From: Stenotrophomonas riyadhensis
GTDB taxonomy: Bacteria > Pseudomonadota > Gammaproteobacteria > Xanthomonadales > Xanthomonadaceae
Reading direction: 5' to 3' (one strand)
Length of the DNA: 32,000 nucleotides
Assembly: GCF_025697965.1 (NCBI RefSeq)
Contig: NZ_JAHWBK010000003.1
Of this stretch, positions 6,579 to 14,290 are shown piece by piece (position 1 is the first letter of the stretch; each line of letters begins with the position of its first letter). Below the pieces are notes generated by a model that saw nothing but the letters and a program-made list of their open reading frames with translations, had not been told where the DNA came from and did no database searches. A program made the position numbers and the translations under genes.

Positions 6579-6636
6579 GACTTCCCCCTGTAACTGGGGC
6601 GAAGCTTACCCGCTCTACGAGGGCCGTGCCCTGGCT

Positions 6637-6720
6637 TTAGCCACGGCTATACCGCTTAAAGGCCCGATCAAGCCATCGGGCCACCCAATAGTGCAGATCG
6701 AAGTATCGGCGCATGGTCAT
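6637..6720 (-). CDS. conserved 27-aa basic peptide (paralog of 4624-4716)
   Basis: MTMRRYFDLHYWVARWLDRAFKRYSRG. ATGA overlap with the traX stop. Confidence 0.45.
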   Translation of the reverse strand: MTMRRYFDLHYWVARWLDRAFKRYSRG

Positions 6721-7343
6721 GGCGCGAGTATAAGCGCCAGCAGCCCAAGGCACGCCAGATGGCCCACGTAGTAGCCGTAGAAGGCCCACCGGCCACGTGG
6801 CACCGCCCACGCCGCATGGAATAGCCCCACGGCCACGGGAATGGCGGCCAGCGCCCACAGGTTGCCATTGAAGGCGCATAGGGGCGCGAACGCCGTCAAG
6901 ATCAGCAGCGGCAGCCCTGTGCGGAATCCCAGCCATGCCAGAAGGACGAACCCTACCCCGGACCACTGGTAGTCCACGAATGCCGGCAGCACCGCCGCGG
7001 CGAATGCCAGGACGATCCAGTTCCGCCGGCTGGCCGCGTAGACCGCCGCGGCTGACAGCGCGAAGGTCAGCAGGATGTTCAGCGGCAACCAGTAGCCGAA
7101 CACCAGCGCGTGCACGGGCTGAGCGATGGCGCCCCACAGCACGAGCCTGCGAACAGACTTGATAACATCGGCGCCGGGCTGGGCGAGGTTGTAAGCCATG
7201 ACGAGTGCGAACAGAGGGAAGGCCACCCGCCCCGCTTCGCTGAGTCCTGGCACATAGCCGCCATAGATCACCTTGGCAACATGGTCCCCGGTCATGAGGA
7301 TCACGGCCAGCCATTTCAACAGTTCGCGTGCGCTGCTGGTCAT
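6717..7343 (-). CDS. traX: TraX-family membrane protein, 208 aa
   Basis: MTSSARELLKWLAVILMTGDHVAKVIYGGYVPGLSEAGRVAFPLFALVMAYNLAQPGAD... ATGA overlap with the zot stop. Confidence 0.75.
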   Translation of the reverse strand: MTSSARELLKWLAVILMTGDHVAKVIYGGYVPGLSEAGRVAFPLFALVMAYNLAQPGADVIKSVRRLVLWGAIAQPVHALVFGYWLPLNILLTFALSAAAVYAASRRNWIVLAFAAAVLPAFVDYQWSGVGFVLLAWLGFRTGLPLLILTAFAPLCAFNGNLWALAAIPVAVGLFHAAWAVPRGRWAFYGYYVGHLACLGLLALILAP

Positions 7344-8545
7344 AGCTTGTTCGGCCCCGGCGCAGTGGTCATGTAGCTGGTAGTCGTATGAGGCGGTGAT
7401 TCCGGGAAAGTGCCCATTGGACGCTCAACGTGCTGCATTGCCACTCCGCCCGCTTCCTCGCGGATGCGCCGCGCTTCCTGCTGATAGTGCGCCGATTGCT
7501 GCAAATCGTTCATGCGCCGAGCCTCAGCTTGATTGGTGTCCAAGAAAGGTTCGTATTGCCCGTTGACCGCGACCATGCGGCATTGCTCCTGATCCATCAC
7601 GTACGTGGTGCCCTGCTCCGTTTTGCAGCTGCATCGACCGATCTGATGGTCACCGTTGGCATCGAGCCCATCGCCGGACGCCATGCAGTACACCCGAGGC
7701 GGTTGATTGGTCGGAATCGACAGACTGTCATATGCGGGGGCGGTCCACGGCTGGCCCTGAATTCGCGGCGTCACCCATGCCACGTAGTCGCTACTGCGAG
7801 TGACAGCCGGAGGTGCGGCTTGCGGCGCGGCTGCGACCGTCGCTCCCGCTCCGTTCTCCGCCGCTTGCGGCGCCGCTGCCTTGGCTTGACCCGTATCAAG
7901 TTCCCCCGATAGCTGGGCATGCACGCGATTCACGGACCACCACGCGCCACCGATAACCGCGACAAGCAACGCAGCCGCCGCAGGGTAGTACCAGGGGATG
8001 ACCTTCTCGCTGGTGTCCATCACTGTGGACTCATAGAGACCCATCGGCCGCTTAGGCAGCTTGACCCGCTTCAGAATCAGCGGATGGCCCTTCTCCGGAT
8101 TTTTCTCGTAACGATCGAACGTGCGCAGGTGCGCGAACGGCAGGCCAAAGCGCCGACGGACATGCACATGCCGCTCAATGAGGTCCTGCACGAAGTCATC
8201 ACACTGCCGGTCAGGTGACTGGCTGACGAAGATGAAGTCCAAGCCACGATGCCGGTGCTTCGCAAGCTGCTCAACGTGATGCGGCACAGCCGAGCCGGGG
8301 CGTCGCTTCGGCAGCATTCCGTGCTCGTAAGCCTCATCGACAAGGCACACCGCACCGTCAGGCAGGAAGTTCGGCCAATCACAGAACTGCTCGGGCGTCA
8401 TCGGCAGCATGCGCGCCTCATCATGCTTGAAGCCGCGCACATTGCAGACGTAGACCAGTCGCCCCTCATTGAGAAAGTCGATGGCGTGATCGATAGCGTG
8501 CAGGGTTTTGCCGTGTCCTGGCTGGCCCGTATACCAGTAAATCAT
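7340..8545 (-). CDS. zot: Zot-like assembly ATPase (pI family), 401 aa
   Basis: Walker A GQPGHGKT, Walker B-like CLVDEAY, a central TM helix and a conserved C-terminus ...FPESPPHTTTSYMTTAPGPNKL*. Confidence 0.9.
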   Translation of the reverse strand: MIYWYTGQPGHGKTLHAIDHAIDFLNEGRLVYVCNVRGFKHDEARMLPMTPEQFCDWPNFLPDGAVCLVDEAYEHGMLPKRRPGSAVPHHVEQLAKHRHRGLDFIFVSQSPDRQCDDFVQDLIERHVHVRRRFGLPFAHLRTFDRYEKNPEKGHPLILKRVKLPKRPMGLYESTVMDTSEKVIPWYYPAAAALLVAVIGGAWWSVNRVHAQLSGELDTGQAKAAAPQAAENGAGATVAAAPQAAPPAVTRSSDYVAWVTPRIQGQPWTAPAYDSLSIPTNQPPRVYCMASGDGLDANGDHQIGRCSCKTEQGTTYVMDQEQCRMVAVNGQYEPFLDTNQAEARRMNDLQQSAHYQQEARRIREEAGGVAMQHVERPMGTFPESPPHTTTSYMTTAPGPNKL

Positions 8546-8865
8546 TCCTTGGTCACTCCCAGCTGCTGCGCCTGCGCTGTCGGCATCGGGATGATCTTGA
8601 ACATGAAGCGCACCGAGACCGCCGACAAGATCATGCTCATGAACACATCAAATCCAACCGCGCCGATGAAATTGTGTGCCCAATCCGGCAAGCCACTGAA
8701 GTAGTCCGTGACGGCAGAACGCAGCTGCGGCAGAAGCTGATTGATCGACACCAACGTAATACCTGCGGTCGAAAGCGCCTTGGTGACGATTCGACCAATA
8801 CCGCCGAACAGCACGGTCCAAACAAGGTTCACGCCACGCGTGATCCATTCCCATATAGAACTCAT
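8542..8865 (-). CDS. pVI-like minor coat protein, 107 aa
   Basis: The internal ATG at 8865 (MSSIWEWITRG...) overlaps the pIII stop (ATGA), and its own stop overlaps the zot ATG. The longer 137-aa reading would lie inside pIII. Confidence 0.6.
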   Translation of the reverse strand: MSSIWEWITRGVNLVWTVLFGGIGRIVTKALSTAGITLVSINQLLPQLRSAVTDYFSGLPDWAHNFIGAVGFDVFMSMILSAVSVRFMFKIIPMPTAQAQQLGVTKE

Positions 8866-10247
8866 CACGAATCCCCAAAGACGATGCGGAAGGAAATGAA
8901 CATGCCCAGCAAGAGCATCACAGTACGCAGTGCAGAGATGAGCGGGCACCACCACGTCTGCCCATCAAGAGACACCGTGCCGAAACGACCGAAATCAAGC
9001 GTTCCCAGCTGCGGGCAAGAACCGCCTCCAAAGCCGGTCTTATCGATCAGCTTCTCGTCAAACTTCCAAGACCACTTGCCCGGACCATCAACGTCTTCCG
9101 CACCCTCATGTGGATTGCCCCCACTACCCTCGCCGGAGCCGGGTTTTCCACTACACAGCTGTGCGCGCTGCGCGCGAAGCTGATTGGCCTGTATCGAATC
9201 ACCCTCAACAGAAAAAGGCGCTTCACAGTTCCCAACATCGCCCGTGACCTTGGCGGAATTCGCCTTCTCGGTGGCGCAACGCGTTGCCCAGGTCTGTGAC
9301 GCGATCATGCCGAGGATGGGATCGCCGCTGGTGGTCGGAGGCGTCTTGCAATCCCCGCCGCCACTGGCGCTGTTGCCGCTATCCTCGCCTTTCTCACCGT
9401 TGCCGTTGCTGCCGCCAGCACCGGGGCCGGAGCCATCACCCGGAGTCGGCTGGTTGCCGTTGGGTGTGCCCTGATTGTTGTATGTGCTGGTATTGGTAGT
9501 GCTGCCGGTGTTGTTATTGGTGATATTTGTGGTGTTGCCGCTGGGCTGCCAATTCTCTCCCGGGCGATTGCTGGGGGCGTTCGGCGGCGTGTTAGGCGCG
9601 CTGATGCTTGCGGCCTCGGTGCGCGGATTGTTCGTGGCGGTGTGGCCCTGCTGATTGGCCGTATCGCTCGCGCAAGTGCGAAAACCGCTGGCCGTGCTGA
9701 TACAGGTTCGATCCTTCGACTTACAGACGCTGTAGTTGCCCGTCTGATGGCAATAGTCATCCTTCTTTTCAGGCTTCGGCGGCGTAGAATCCACGCTGCA
9801 AACCTCGCCATTCGCCTTCCAAGTGCCAGAACGAATCGAGATGGCATTAGGGTTGGAATTCTCACGTAGCGAGAAATCGATGCCCGGATCAAGGTTCGGC
9901 TGCACCTTGCATCCATTGTCGCAGACGCCGCTGCTGTAAAGCGTGCCGTTGATCATTCCCGCCTGACCATCGACACGAGAAGAACACAGGCCGGAATAAG
10001 GGTAAGGCACGCCCCAAAGGTACGTAGAACCCTCATAGTCATAGACACCTTGATACTGCGGGCCGGGTTCATGGCGACACCTCTCGTTGCTGGACCCAGG
10101 ACCAACGGCCTTGGCAAGGCTGGCCATGCAGGCGGCATACGCCTGTCCCTGATCTAATATCGTATTCGCAGCCACTGCGGTACCTGGCAATAGCAAGGTT
10201 GCGAGTAGAGCGAATACAGGTGCAATTAGGAATCGAAAGCAAGCCAT
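8865..10247 (-). CDS. pIII-like adsorption/minor coat protein, 460 aa
   Basis: The start at 10247 gives signal peptide MACFRFLIAPVFALLATLLLPGTAVA|AN. The upstream ATG at 10313 lies inside a terminator hairpin. The N-terminal block QGQAYAACMASLAKAVG...YDYEGSTYLWGVPYPYSGLC is shared with prophage 1. Has an N/T/G-rich low-complexity linker and a C-terminal TM. Confidence 0.75.
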   Translation of the reverse strand: MACFRFLIAPVFALLATLLLPGTAVAANTILDQGQAYAACMASLAKAVGPGSSNERCRHEPGPQYQGVYDYEGSTYLWGVPYPYSGLCSSRVDGQAGMINGTLYSSGVCDNGCKVQPNLDPGIDFSLRENSNPNAISIRSGTWKANGEVCSVDSTPPKPEKKDDYCHQTGNYSVCKSKDRTCISTASGFRTCASDTANQQGHTATNNPRTEAASISAPNTPPNAPSNRPGENWQPSGNTTNITNNNTGSTTNTSTYNNQGTPNGNQPTPGDGSGPGAGGSNGNGEKGEDSGNSASGGGDCKTPPTTSGDPILGMIASQTWATRCATEKANSAKVTGDVGNCEAPFSVEGDSIQANQLRAQRAQLCSGKPGSGEGSGGNPHEGAEDVDGPGKWSWKFDEKLIDKTGFGGGSCPQLGTLDFGRFGTVSLDGQTWWCPLISALRTVMLLLGMFISFRIVFGDS

Positions 10248-10285
10248 AGCGCCCCCAGCACGGCCACGATCACGAAATAGCCCAT
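10226..10285 (-). CDS. 19-aa hydrophobic peptide (pVII/pIX-like candidate)
   Basis: MGYFVIVAVLGALWLAFDS. The positional analog of 982-1050, overlapping the start of pIII. Confidence 0.25.
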   Translation of the reverse strand: MGYFVIVAVLGALWLAFDS

Positions 10286-10292
10286 AAGACCC

Positions 10293-10320
10293 CCAAAAAA
10301 GCAGGGGCGACATGCGCCCC
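10293..10320 (-). terminator. rho-independent terminator after the coat genes
   Basis: The - strand reads GGGGCGcatgtCGCCCC followed by TGCTTTTTTGG. Located between the coat paralog and pIII. Confidence 0.7.
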
Positions 10321-10448
10321 TACTTTGCTTGCTTGATGTTCCCCCACAGCAGAAACAGCCCCTTCACCGCTGCAAGGACCGAGAGGATTCCGGCGATGAC
10401 CTCAGCGGCCGTCGCCAGATACCCCATGATTGCTACGACAACGGGCAT
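10320..10448 (-). CDS. leaderless coat-like paralog, 42 aa
   Basis: MPVVVAIMGYLATAAEVIAGILSVLAAVKGLFLLWGNIKQAK aligns with the mature part of the adjacent coat (AEAITAEITNGKSSVSGILVVLAGVLGLFLLWSMIKRAK). It lacks a signal peptide. Confidence 0.45.
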   Translation of the reverse strand: MPVVVAIMGYLATAAEVIAGILSVLAAVKGLFLLWGNIKQAK

Positions 10449-10463
10449 GGCACCCGCCCTCGG

Positions 10464-10703
10464 TTACTTGGCGCGCTTGATCATCGACCACAGCAGGAAC
10501 AGGCCCAGCACACCAGCCAGCACGACCAGAATGCCGCTGACGCTGGACTTGCCGTTGGTGATTTCGGCGGTGATGGCCTCAGCCGGGCCGCCACTGGCGA
10601 GCGCGGCACCGCTGGCGATCATGGCGGTTGCGCCCGTGGCGACCTTGCCTGCGGTGCTACGGGTGAAGTCCAGGACGTTGCTGGCAATCTTGTTCATCTT
10701 CAT
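10464..10703 (-). CDS. major coat protein (pVIII-like), 79 aa precursor
   Basis: Signal peptide ...MIASGAALA|SGGPAEA, a TM helix and a basic tail (SMIKRAK). Confidence 0.75.
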   Translation of the reverse strand: MKMNKIASNVLDFTRSTAGKVATGATAMIASGAALASGGPAEAITAEITNGKSSVSGILVVLAGVLGLFLLWSMIKRAK

Positions 10704-10724
10704 GTCGGTACTCTCTTGGTTGGG

Positions 10725-10937
10725 TTAGAACCGCTCACGGGACACACGGGCGAGCTGCCTGAAAACGACGCCCAGTGCCCAGCAGGCCGCGATAGCGAAT
10801 GCGACTTGCGTACCCTCAGCCAGCGTGAGCGGTGGCAGAACTGGCTGAGGGTTTTCGATCCAGACCGGCACAGCGCAGACGCCATCGGTGCCGATGTTCT
10901 GGACCGTGCACGACTGGATGTAGACCGGTTCTGGCAT
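10725..10937 (-). CDS. small membrane protein, 70 aa
   Basis: Positional homolog of 467-670. Shares ...VPVWIENPQPVLPPLTLAEG... with ...AVVWIPQPALLPELPIEDA..., followed by a TM helix and a basic tail. Confidence 0.55.
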   Translation of the reverse strand: MPEPVYIQSCTVQNIGTDGVCAVPVWIENPQPVLPPLTLAEGTQVAFAIAACWALGVVFRQLARVSRERF

Positions 10938-10940
10938 GGG

Positions 10941-11210
10941 TTAGGCCTTAGCGACTGGCTTGGCCGACAGCGGAACGAGGTCCACATAGCGCTTCAGCAC
11001 CAGATCGCCGTACTGGCTCAGCGCGAAGGACTGCGGGTCAATGTCGTACTCACCCGGCGTGTACGGCGGGCGCGAGCCGAGGCCGACACGGAACGGCAGT
11101 TCAAAGCCATTGCCCAGGTCGAGGCCAACGGTCTGCGAACGGTTGATGGTGTTTGTCTTGCTGTTGTGCCGTTCTTCGACGGCAGCGGACTTCACGCGGC
11201 AGATGGGCAT
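10941..11210 (-). CDS. putative ssDNA-binding protein (gV-like), 89 aa
   Basis: Paralog of 187-462, with the same 19-nt overlap with rep. Confidence 0.6.
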   Translation of the reverse strand: MPICRVKSAAVEERHNSKTNTINRSQTVGLDLGNGFELPFRVGLGSRPPYTPGEYDIDPQSFALSQYGDLVLKRYVDLVPLSAKPVAKA

Positions 11211-12247
11211 AGTTCTTCTCTCACATAGCGATGGAGTGGTTCACCCTTGGAAATGCCGCGAAAACGTCCGGGGTGACCGTCACGGACGACGCGAGCCAGC
11301 AGGAAGTCGGTGAACGAATCACCGAACGCTCCATGCAGAACACTGAGGGCCGGGCCTACTTGGCGCTCCATCCAGAGCACCATTGCCTCGGCAGAAACTT
11401 CGACATGCTTGCGGATCGTGCGCAGTCGAGTGCACACGCCCTTGATCAGATCGTGCAACGCGCTGTACGAGCCGCGCAGGTAGGCGCCGGGGTTCAACAG
11501 CACATCCAGCGGGATTTCCATGTGCTTGCCGTACAGACGCACTTCCGCGCGCACCCAGCGCGAGGACGGCAGGCCCTCGGCCTTGCCCTTCTCGTACACG
11601 CACAGCTCCTTGTGGCCTTTGCCGCCGACGTACAGAGTGCAGCCGGTGTTGTGGCCTTCATCGGAAATGAAACGGTGACGCGGAGGGCATCCGCCCTCGG
11701 TAAAGCCGCCCTCCGCGGCAACCTCGCGGAGCGCATGCACGTCCAGGCGTTCGCCTTCGTAGTCGTCGTGCGCGCAGTCAACGCGGGTGATCTTGGCATC
11801 GAGCATCGAAAGCTGCTTGTAGATGCGGGCACGATCACGAATCCACTTGCAGCCCATGCCGGTGAGGCTGATGCAGACGGTGTTCTTCTTGCCGCCGATG
11901 CCTACGCGGCCAACGACTTCGTTCTCACGGTCGATCAACACCGCGGATTGCTCGTAGAAGTTCCAGTTCTTCTCACGAATCGCACCGGCAACCACTTCGC
12001 CGCGGAAGCCGAAGATGCGGAACAGCAAGAGGTCCAGCTTCTTGCAGTTCACTTCTTCAAGGGCGGAGAGCGGGACCACAAAGGTCAGATAGTCGATGAT
12101 CGCGTCTTCCTGACCCTTTTGGCCCGTGTTACTCCCCGGGCCAATCTCCGCCGCCGCCCGCTGCCCCTTTTCACCGCGCGAAAGCGGGGAAAAGCCCCCT
12201 GCCCCGCCCTCCACTGCCATCCTGAAGCGTGCGCGATCAACGGCCAT
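11192..12247 (-). CDS. replication initiation protein (RstA / PF02486-like), 351 aa
   Basis: DYLTFVVPLS..., ...ISLTGMGC..., RVDCAHDDYEG and TLYVGGKGHKELCVYEKG resemble the replication-initiation-factor family of CTX/Cf-type inoviruses. Positioned upstream of ssb. Confidence 0.8.
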   Translation of the reverse strand: MAVDRARFRMAVEGGAGGFSPLSRGEKGQRAAAEIGPGSNTGQKGQEDAIIDYLTFVVPLSALEEVNCKKLDLLLFRIFGFRGEVVAGAIREKNWNFYEQSAVLIDRENEVVGRVGIGGKKNTVCISLTGMGCKWIRDRARIYKQLSMLDAKITRVDCAHDDYEGERLDVHALREVAAEGGFTEGGCPPRHRFISDEGHNTGCTLYVGGKGHKELCVYEKGKAEGLPSSRWVRAEVRLYGKHMEIPLDVLLNPGAYLRGSYSALHDLIKGVCTRLRTIRKHVEVSAEAMVLWMERQVGPALSVLHGAFGDSFTDFLLARVVRDGHPGRFRGISKGEPLHRYVREELCPSAA

Positions 12248-12443
12248 TGGCAGCGCTCCGGATACGGGAAATGCGACGGCGACGCAGCTGCAACCTCACG
12301 TAATGCCGCAAGAGATGCCAGAACACATCCCAATCGATCAGTGAAAACACGAAAAGGACGGTAATCAGCAGGCACATGCCGCCGAAAACCATCATCAGCT
12401 GATCCCAATCCGCCCTATTGATGACGAAACACTCAGCGGCCAT
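12237..12443 (-). CDS. small membrane protein, 68 aa
   Basis: TM segment MMVFGGMCLLITVLFVFSLI followed by an Arg-rich tail. Overlaps both neighbours in an operon-like way. Confidence 0.45.
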   Translation of the reverse strand: MAAECFVINRADWDQLMMVFGGMCLLITVLFVFSLIDWDVFWHLLRHYVRLQLRRRRISRIRSAANGR

Positions 12444-12696
12444 GGATCGACTCCCGCATGCGCTTCAGGGAAACGCCCTGCTGGGCGCGGATGGCTTGGA
12501 ACGCGGCTTCGTCTTCAGCGGTCCAGCCGGTGGCGGCCAGTTCCCCGCGTGCCTGGGCTACCAAGGCCGCTTCGCGCGCACTGCGACGGGCAGACTCCCC
12601 ACGCCGGTCGAGGCACCACGAAACGAGTTTGGCGCTGCCGATCGAAACGGCCACGATGGCCGCCAGCAGCACGAAGGCAATGAACGGATCGATCAT
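12433..12696 (-). CDS. small TM/coiled protein, 87 aa
   Basis: The internal ATG at 12696 (MIDPFIAFVLLAAIVAVSIGS...) follows GGGGAAG. It is the first gene of the rep-side operon, divergent from the repressor. Confidence 0.45.
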   Translation of the reverse strand: MIDPFIAFVLLAAIVAVSIGSAKLVSWCLDRRGESARRSAREAALVAQARGELAATGWTAEDEAAFQAIRAQQGVSLKRMRESIHGR

Positions 12697-12760
12697 CCAT
12701 CTTCCCCTACCCCAAGCCCCCAAGGGAACCCGCCAGCGGCCTTGGGTGCCGGTGGCGGGG

Positions 12761-12828
12761 CGCTCAACACCGTTGAACGCGGGGTAATGTATAAAGGGGT
12801 TGAACAGGGGTGTCAACAGGGTTGAACG
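12761..12828. promoter_or_regulatory. divergent promoter/operator region with (G)TTGAAC / GTCAAC repeats
   Basis: gCTCAACAc cGTTGAACgc ...TAATGTATAAA... gGTTGAACAgg ggtGTCAACAgg gGTTGAACg ATG. The three downstream copies are spaced ~10-11 bp apart. Lies between the divergent repressor and the rep operon. Confidence 0.5.
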
Positions 12829-13314
12829 ATGCAGACGGTTACAGACCTCATCGACGCGGCGAGAAAAGCGCTAAACGTCAGTAGTGACGCGGAATTCGCG
12901 CGACAGCTCGGTGTATCGCGCGGAACAATCGCCAACTGGAAATCGGGCTATTCCCTGCCCGATACGGTGATGTGCGCAACTTTGGCAGGGCTCACGGGCC
13001 TGCCGCTTGCCCGTGTCCTGGGCATAGTTGGGGAGGCGCGTGCCGTCAGCCGAGAGGAGAAGGCGGTCTGGCGGAAGCTGGCTGCAACTGCAATGGCCCT
13101 ATGTCTGGCCGTTGGTTTCGCCCTGCCCCACAAGGCTCAGGCGGCCGTGCCGGGCTTCGATAACGCCCACGTTGTATACATTATGCGAAATTGCGTATCC
13201 GTCGAGTCTGCGCTTTTGTTGGCTCCGCATGGCAATGGCTCCGGCTCTGGCTTGGCTCTTGCCTCCCTGTTGGCTCCCCCGACAAGGATGAGCTTGCAGC
13301 ATGATCGAGATTGA
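12829..13314 (+). CDS. XRE-family HTH repressor-like protein, 161 aa as integrated
   Basis: N-terminal HTH (SDAEFARQLGVSRGTIANWKSGYSLPD) and a hydrophobic segment (LAATAMALCLAVGFAL). The ORF reads through the attP-like site at 13164-13191, so its last ~45 codons depend on the junction. Confidence 0.7.
   Translation: MQTVTDLIDAARKALNVSSDAEFARQLGVSRGTIANWKSGYSLPDTVMCATLAGLTGLPLARVLGIVGEARAVSREEKAVWRKLAATAMALCLAVGFALPHKAQAAVPGFDNAHVVYIMRNCVSVESALLLAPHGNGSGSGLALASLLAPPTRMSLQHDRD
13164..13191 (-). other. attP-type dif-like site (XerC arm and central region intact, XerD arm degenerate)
   Basis: The reverse complement is ATTTCGCATAA-TGTATA-CAACGTGGGCG. The first 17 nt are identical to the 5574-5601 site. 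Followed, as at copy B, by a conserved leader and a XafT-like gene. Confidence 0.7.
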
Positions 13315-13672
13315 TCCACACGACCGCACAGATCTGACCGGCCCATGGGCCGGATTCGGCTTCCAAGGCGGCCATATGTTCACGCCTGAAGGTCACCAGC
13401 TGGATCCATGCGATATGACCTGGTGGTCGTTGACCTGCAACATCGCCCGGGAGTGGCGGCTGATGATGGCCGAGGCTCGCACAGGCTTGGCCGAACGATC
13501 GGTTCCGGTCTCCAAGGGATCCGCCACGGCGAAATCCGGCATGATCTACCTTGCCGAAGTCCTCAGAATTCGCCGAGAACGGCGGCTGGCCGGATGTGGA
13601 CCGGATTCCGACGCCGAGCCCTCCAATGTGGTCTATCTGAGCTGTGGGCCAAGGCCCCGCCAGCGCGTGTGA
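13301..13672 (+). CDS. DUF3653/XafT-like protein, copy C, 123 aa
   Basis: MIEIDPHDRTDLTGPWAGFGFQGGHMFTPEGHQLDPCDMTWWSLTCNIAREWRLMMAE...GPDSDAEPSNVVYLSCGPRPRQRV*. Confidence 0.7.
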   Translation: MIEIDPHDRTDLTGPWAGFGFQGGHMFTPEGHQLDPCDMTWWSLTCNIAREWRLMMAEARTGLAERSVPVSKGSATAKSGMIYLAEVLRIRRERRLAGCGPDSDAEPSNVVYLSCGPRPRQRV

Positions 13673-13707
13673 GGCGCCTCCGTAGGGGCGCTGCCCCTAC
13701 ACCCCGG
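13673..13707 (+). repeat. GTAG...CTAC REP-like hairpin, copy C
   Basis: ggcgcctccGTAGGGGCgctGCCCCTACaccccgg, directly after the TGA of copy C. Confidence 0.8.
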
Positions 13708-13715
13708 GTACGCGC

Positions 13716-14201
13716 TCACTTCCCATTGAAATCCCTTCTGAGCAACCAATCCAGCACCAGCCACATGGGCCTGCTGACAGGGACACCAGTTGCGACTCGA
13801 TTAAGAAGAGCCATCGCTAGCGTATAGACAACTTGATCCGTTTCGGCAATCACAACCGCCTCGTTTGGCCGATTGTAATGTTTGATCGCTCTTTTCCCTT
13901 CGTAAACGAAGTTGTAGACATCCGTGTCATCGATTCCGGGGATCTTGGCCGTCAACCTATTGGCAAGCTTTGTGATCGCACGATCCGACGACTCACCCCG
14001 GTGCTTAAGGACCGCCCCGAAGATTTCTTCGGCAGCGGCTGCCAAGTGCCAGACAGCAACCGCGTGGCCACCGCTCTGAAAAAGCTCACACGCGGAGTTG
14101 AGCAGTGCCTCCGCAATGTCCTCCTTAGTCCAGGCTGACGTTGAAGAGTCTTGAACCGGGGCGTCAAAACCCATTAGAGAGAGATTGTCGGGAAGCCTCA
14201 C
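13716..14201 (-). CDS. hypothetical all-helical cytoplasmic protein, 161 aa (cargo, lower GC)
   Basis: Clean ORF in a visibly AT-richer stretch. No signal peptide or TM. Occupies the cargo slot between the hairpin and zot. Confidence 0.55.
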   Translation of the reverse strand: MRLPDNLSLMGFDAPVQDSSTSAWTKEDIAEALLNSACELFQSGGHAVAVWHLAAAAEEIFGAVLKHRGESSDRAITKLANRLTAKIPGIDDTDVYNFVYEGKRAIKHYNRPNEAVVIAETDQVVYTLAMALLNRVATGVPVSRPMWLVLDWLLRRDFNGK

Positions 14202-14290
14202 TAAGTACCCTCAACGCCCGGCGCAGGAGTGACGGATATCGAAGCGGAGAGCGTACATCGAAACGTACGGAACCGTCAGTGGCCGTGGAT

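Larger units (their letters stand above)
5574..13191 (-). mobile_element. Inovirus-type prophage 2 (~7.6 kb, bounded by dif-like sites)
   Basis: Full gene set: XafT-like (opposite strand), cargo, small ORF, traX, zot, pVI, pIII, minor ORFs, coat, small TM protein, ssb, rep, two small ORFs and a divergent XRE repressor. It lies between the dif-like core at 5574-5601 and the attP-like copy at 13164-13191. Confidence 0.75.

Noticed and set aside
10329-12364. 299-aa and 377-aa + strand ORFs across the prophage 2 coat-ssb-rep region
   Set aside because: Antisense to a compact operon whose products have paralogs in prophage 1. There is no paralogous conservation in these frames.
13716-14201. Possible HEPN-type RNase in the 161-aa cargo protein
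   Set aside because: It is helical, and KRAIKH looks superficially like the Rx4-6H motif. However, the spacing is Rx3H and I cannot support any other HEPN feature, so I left it as hypothetical.
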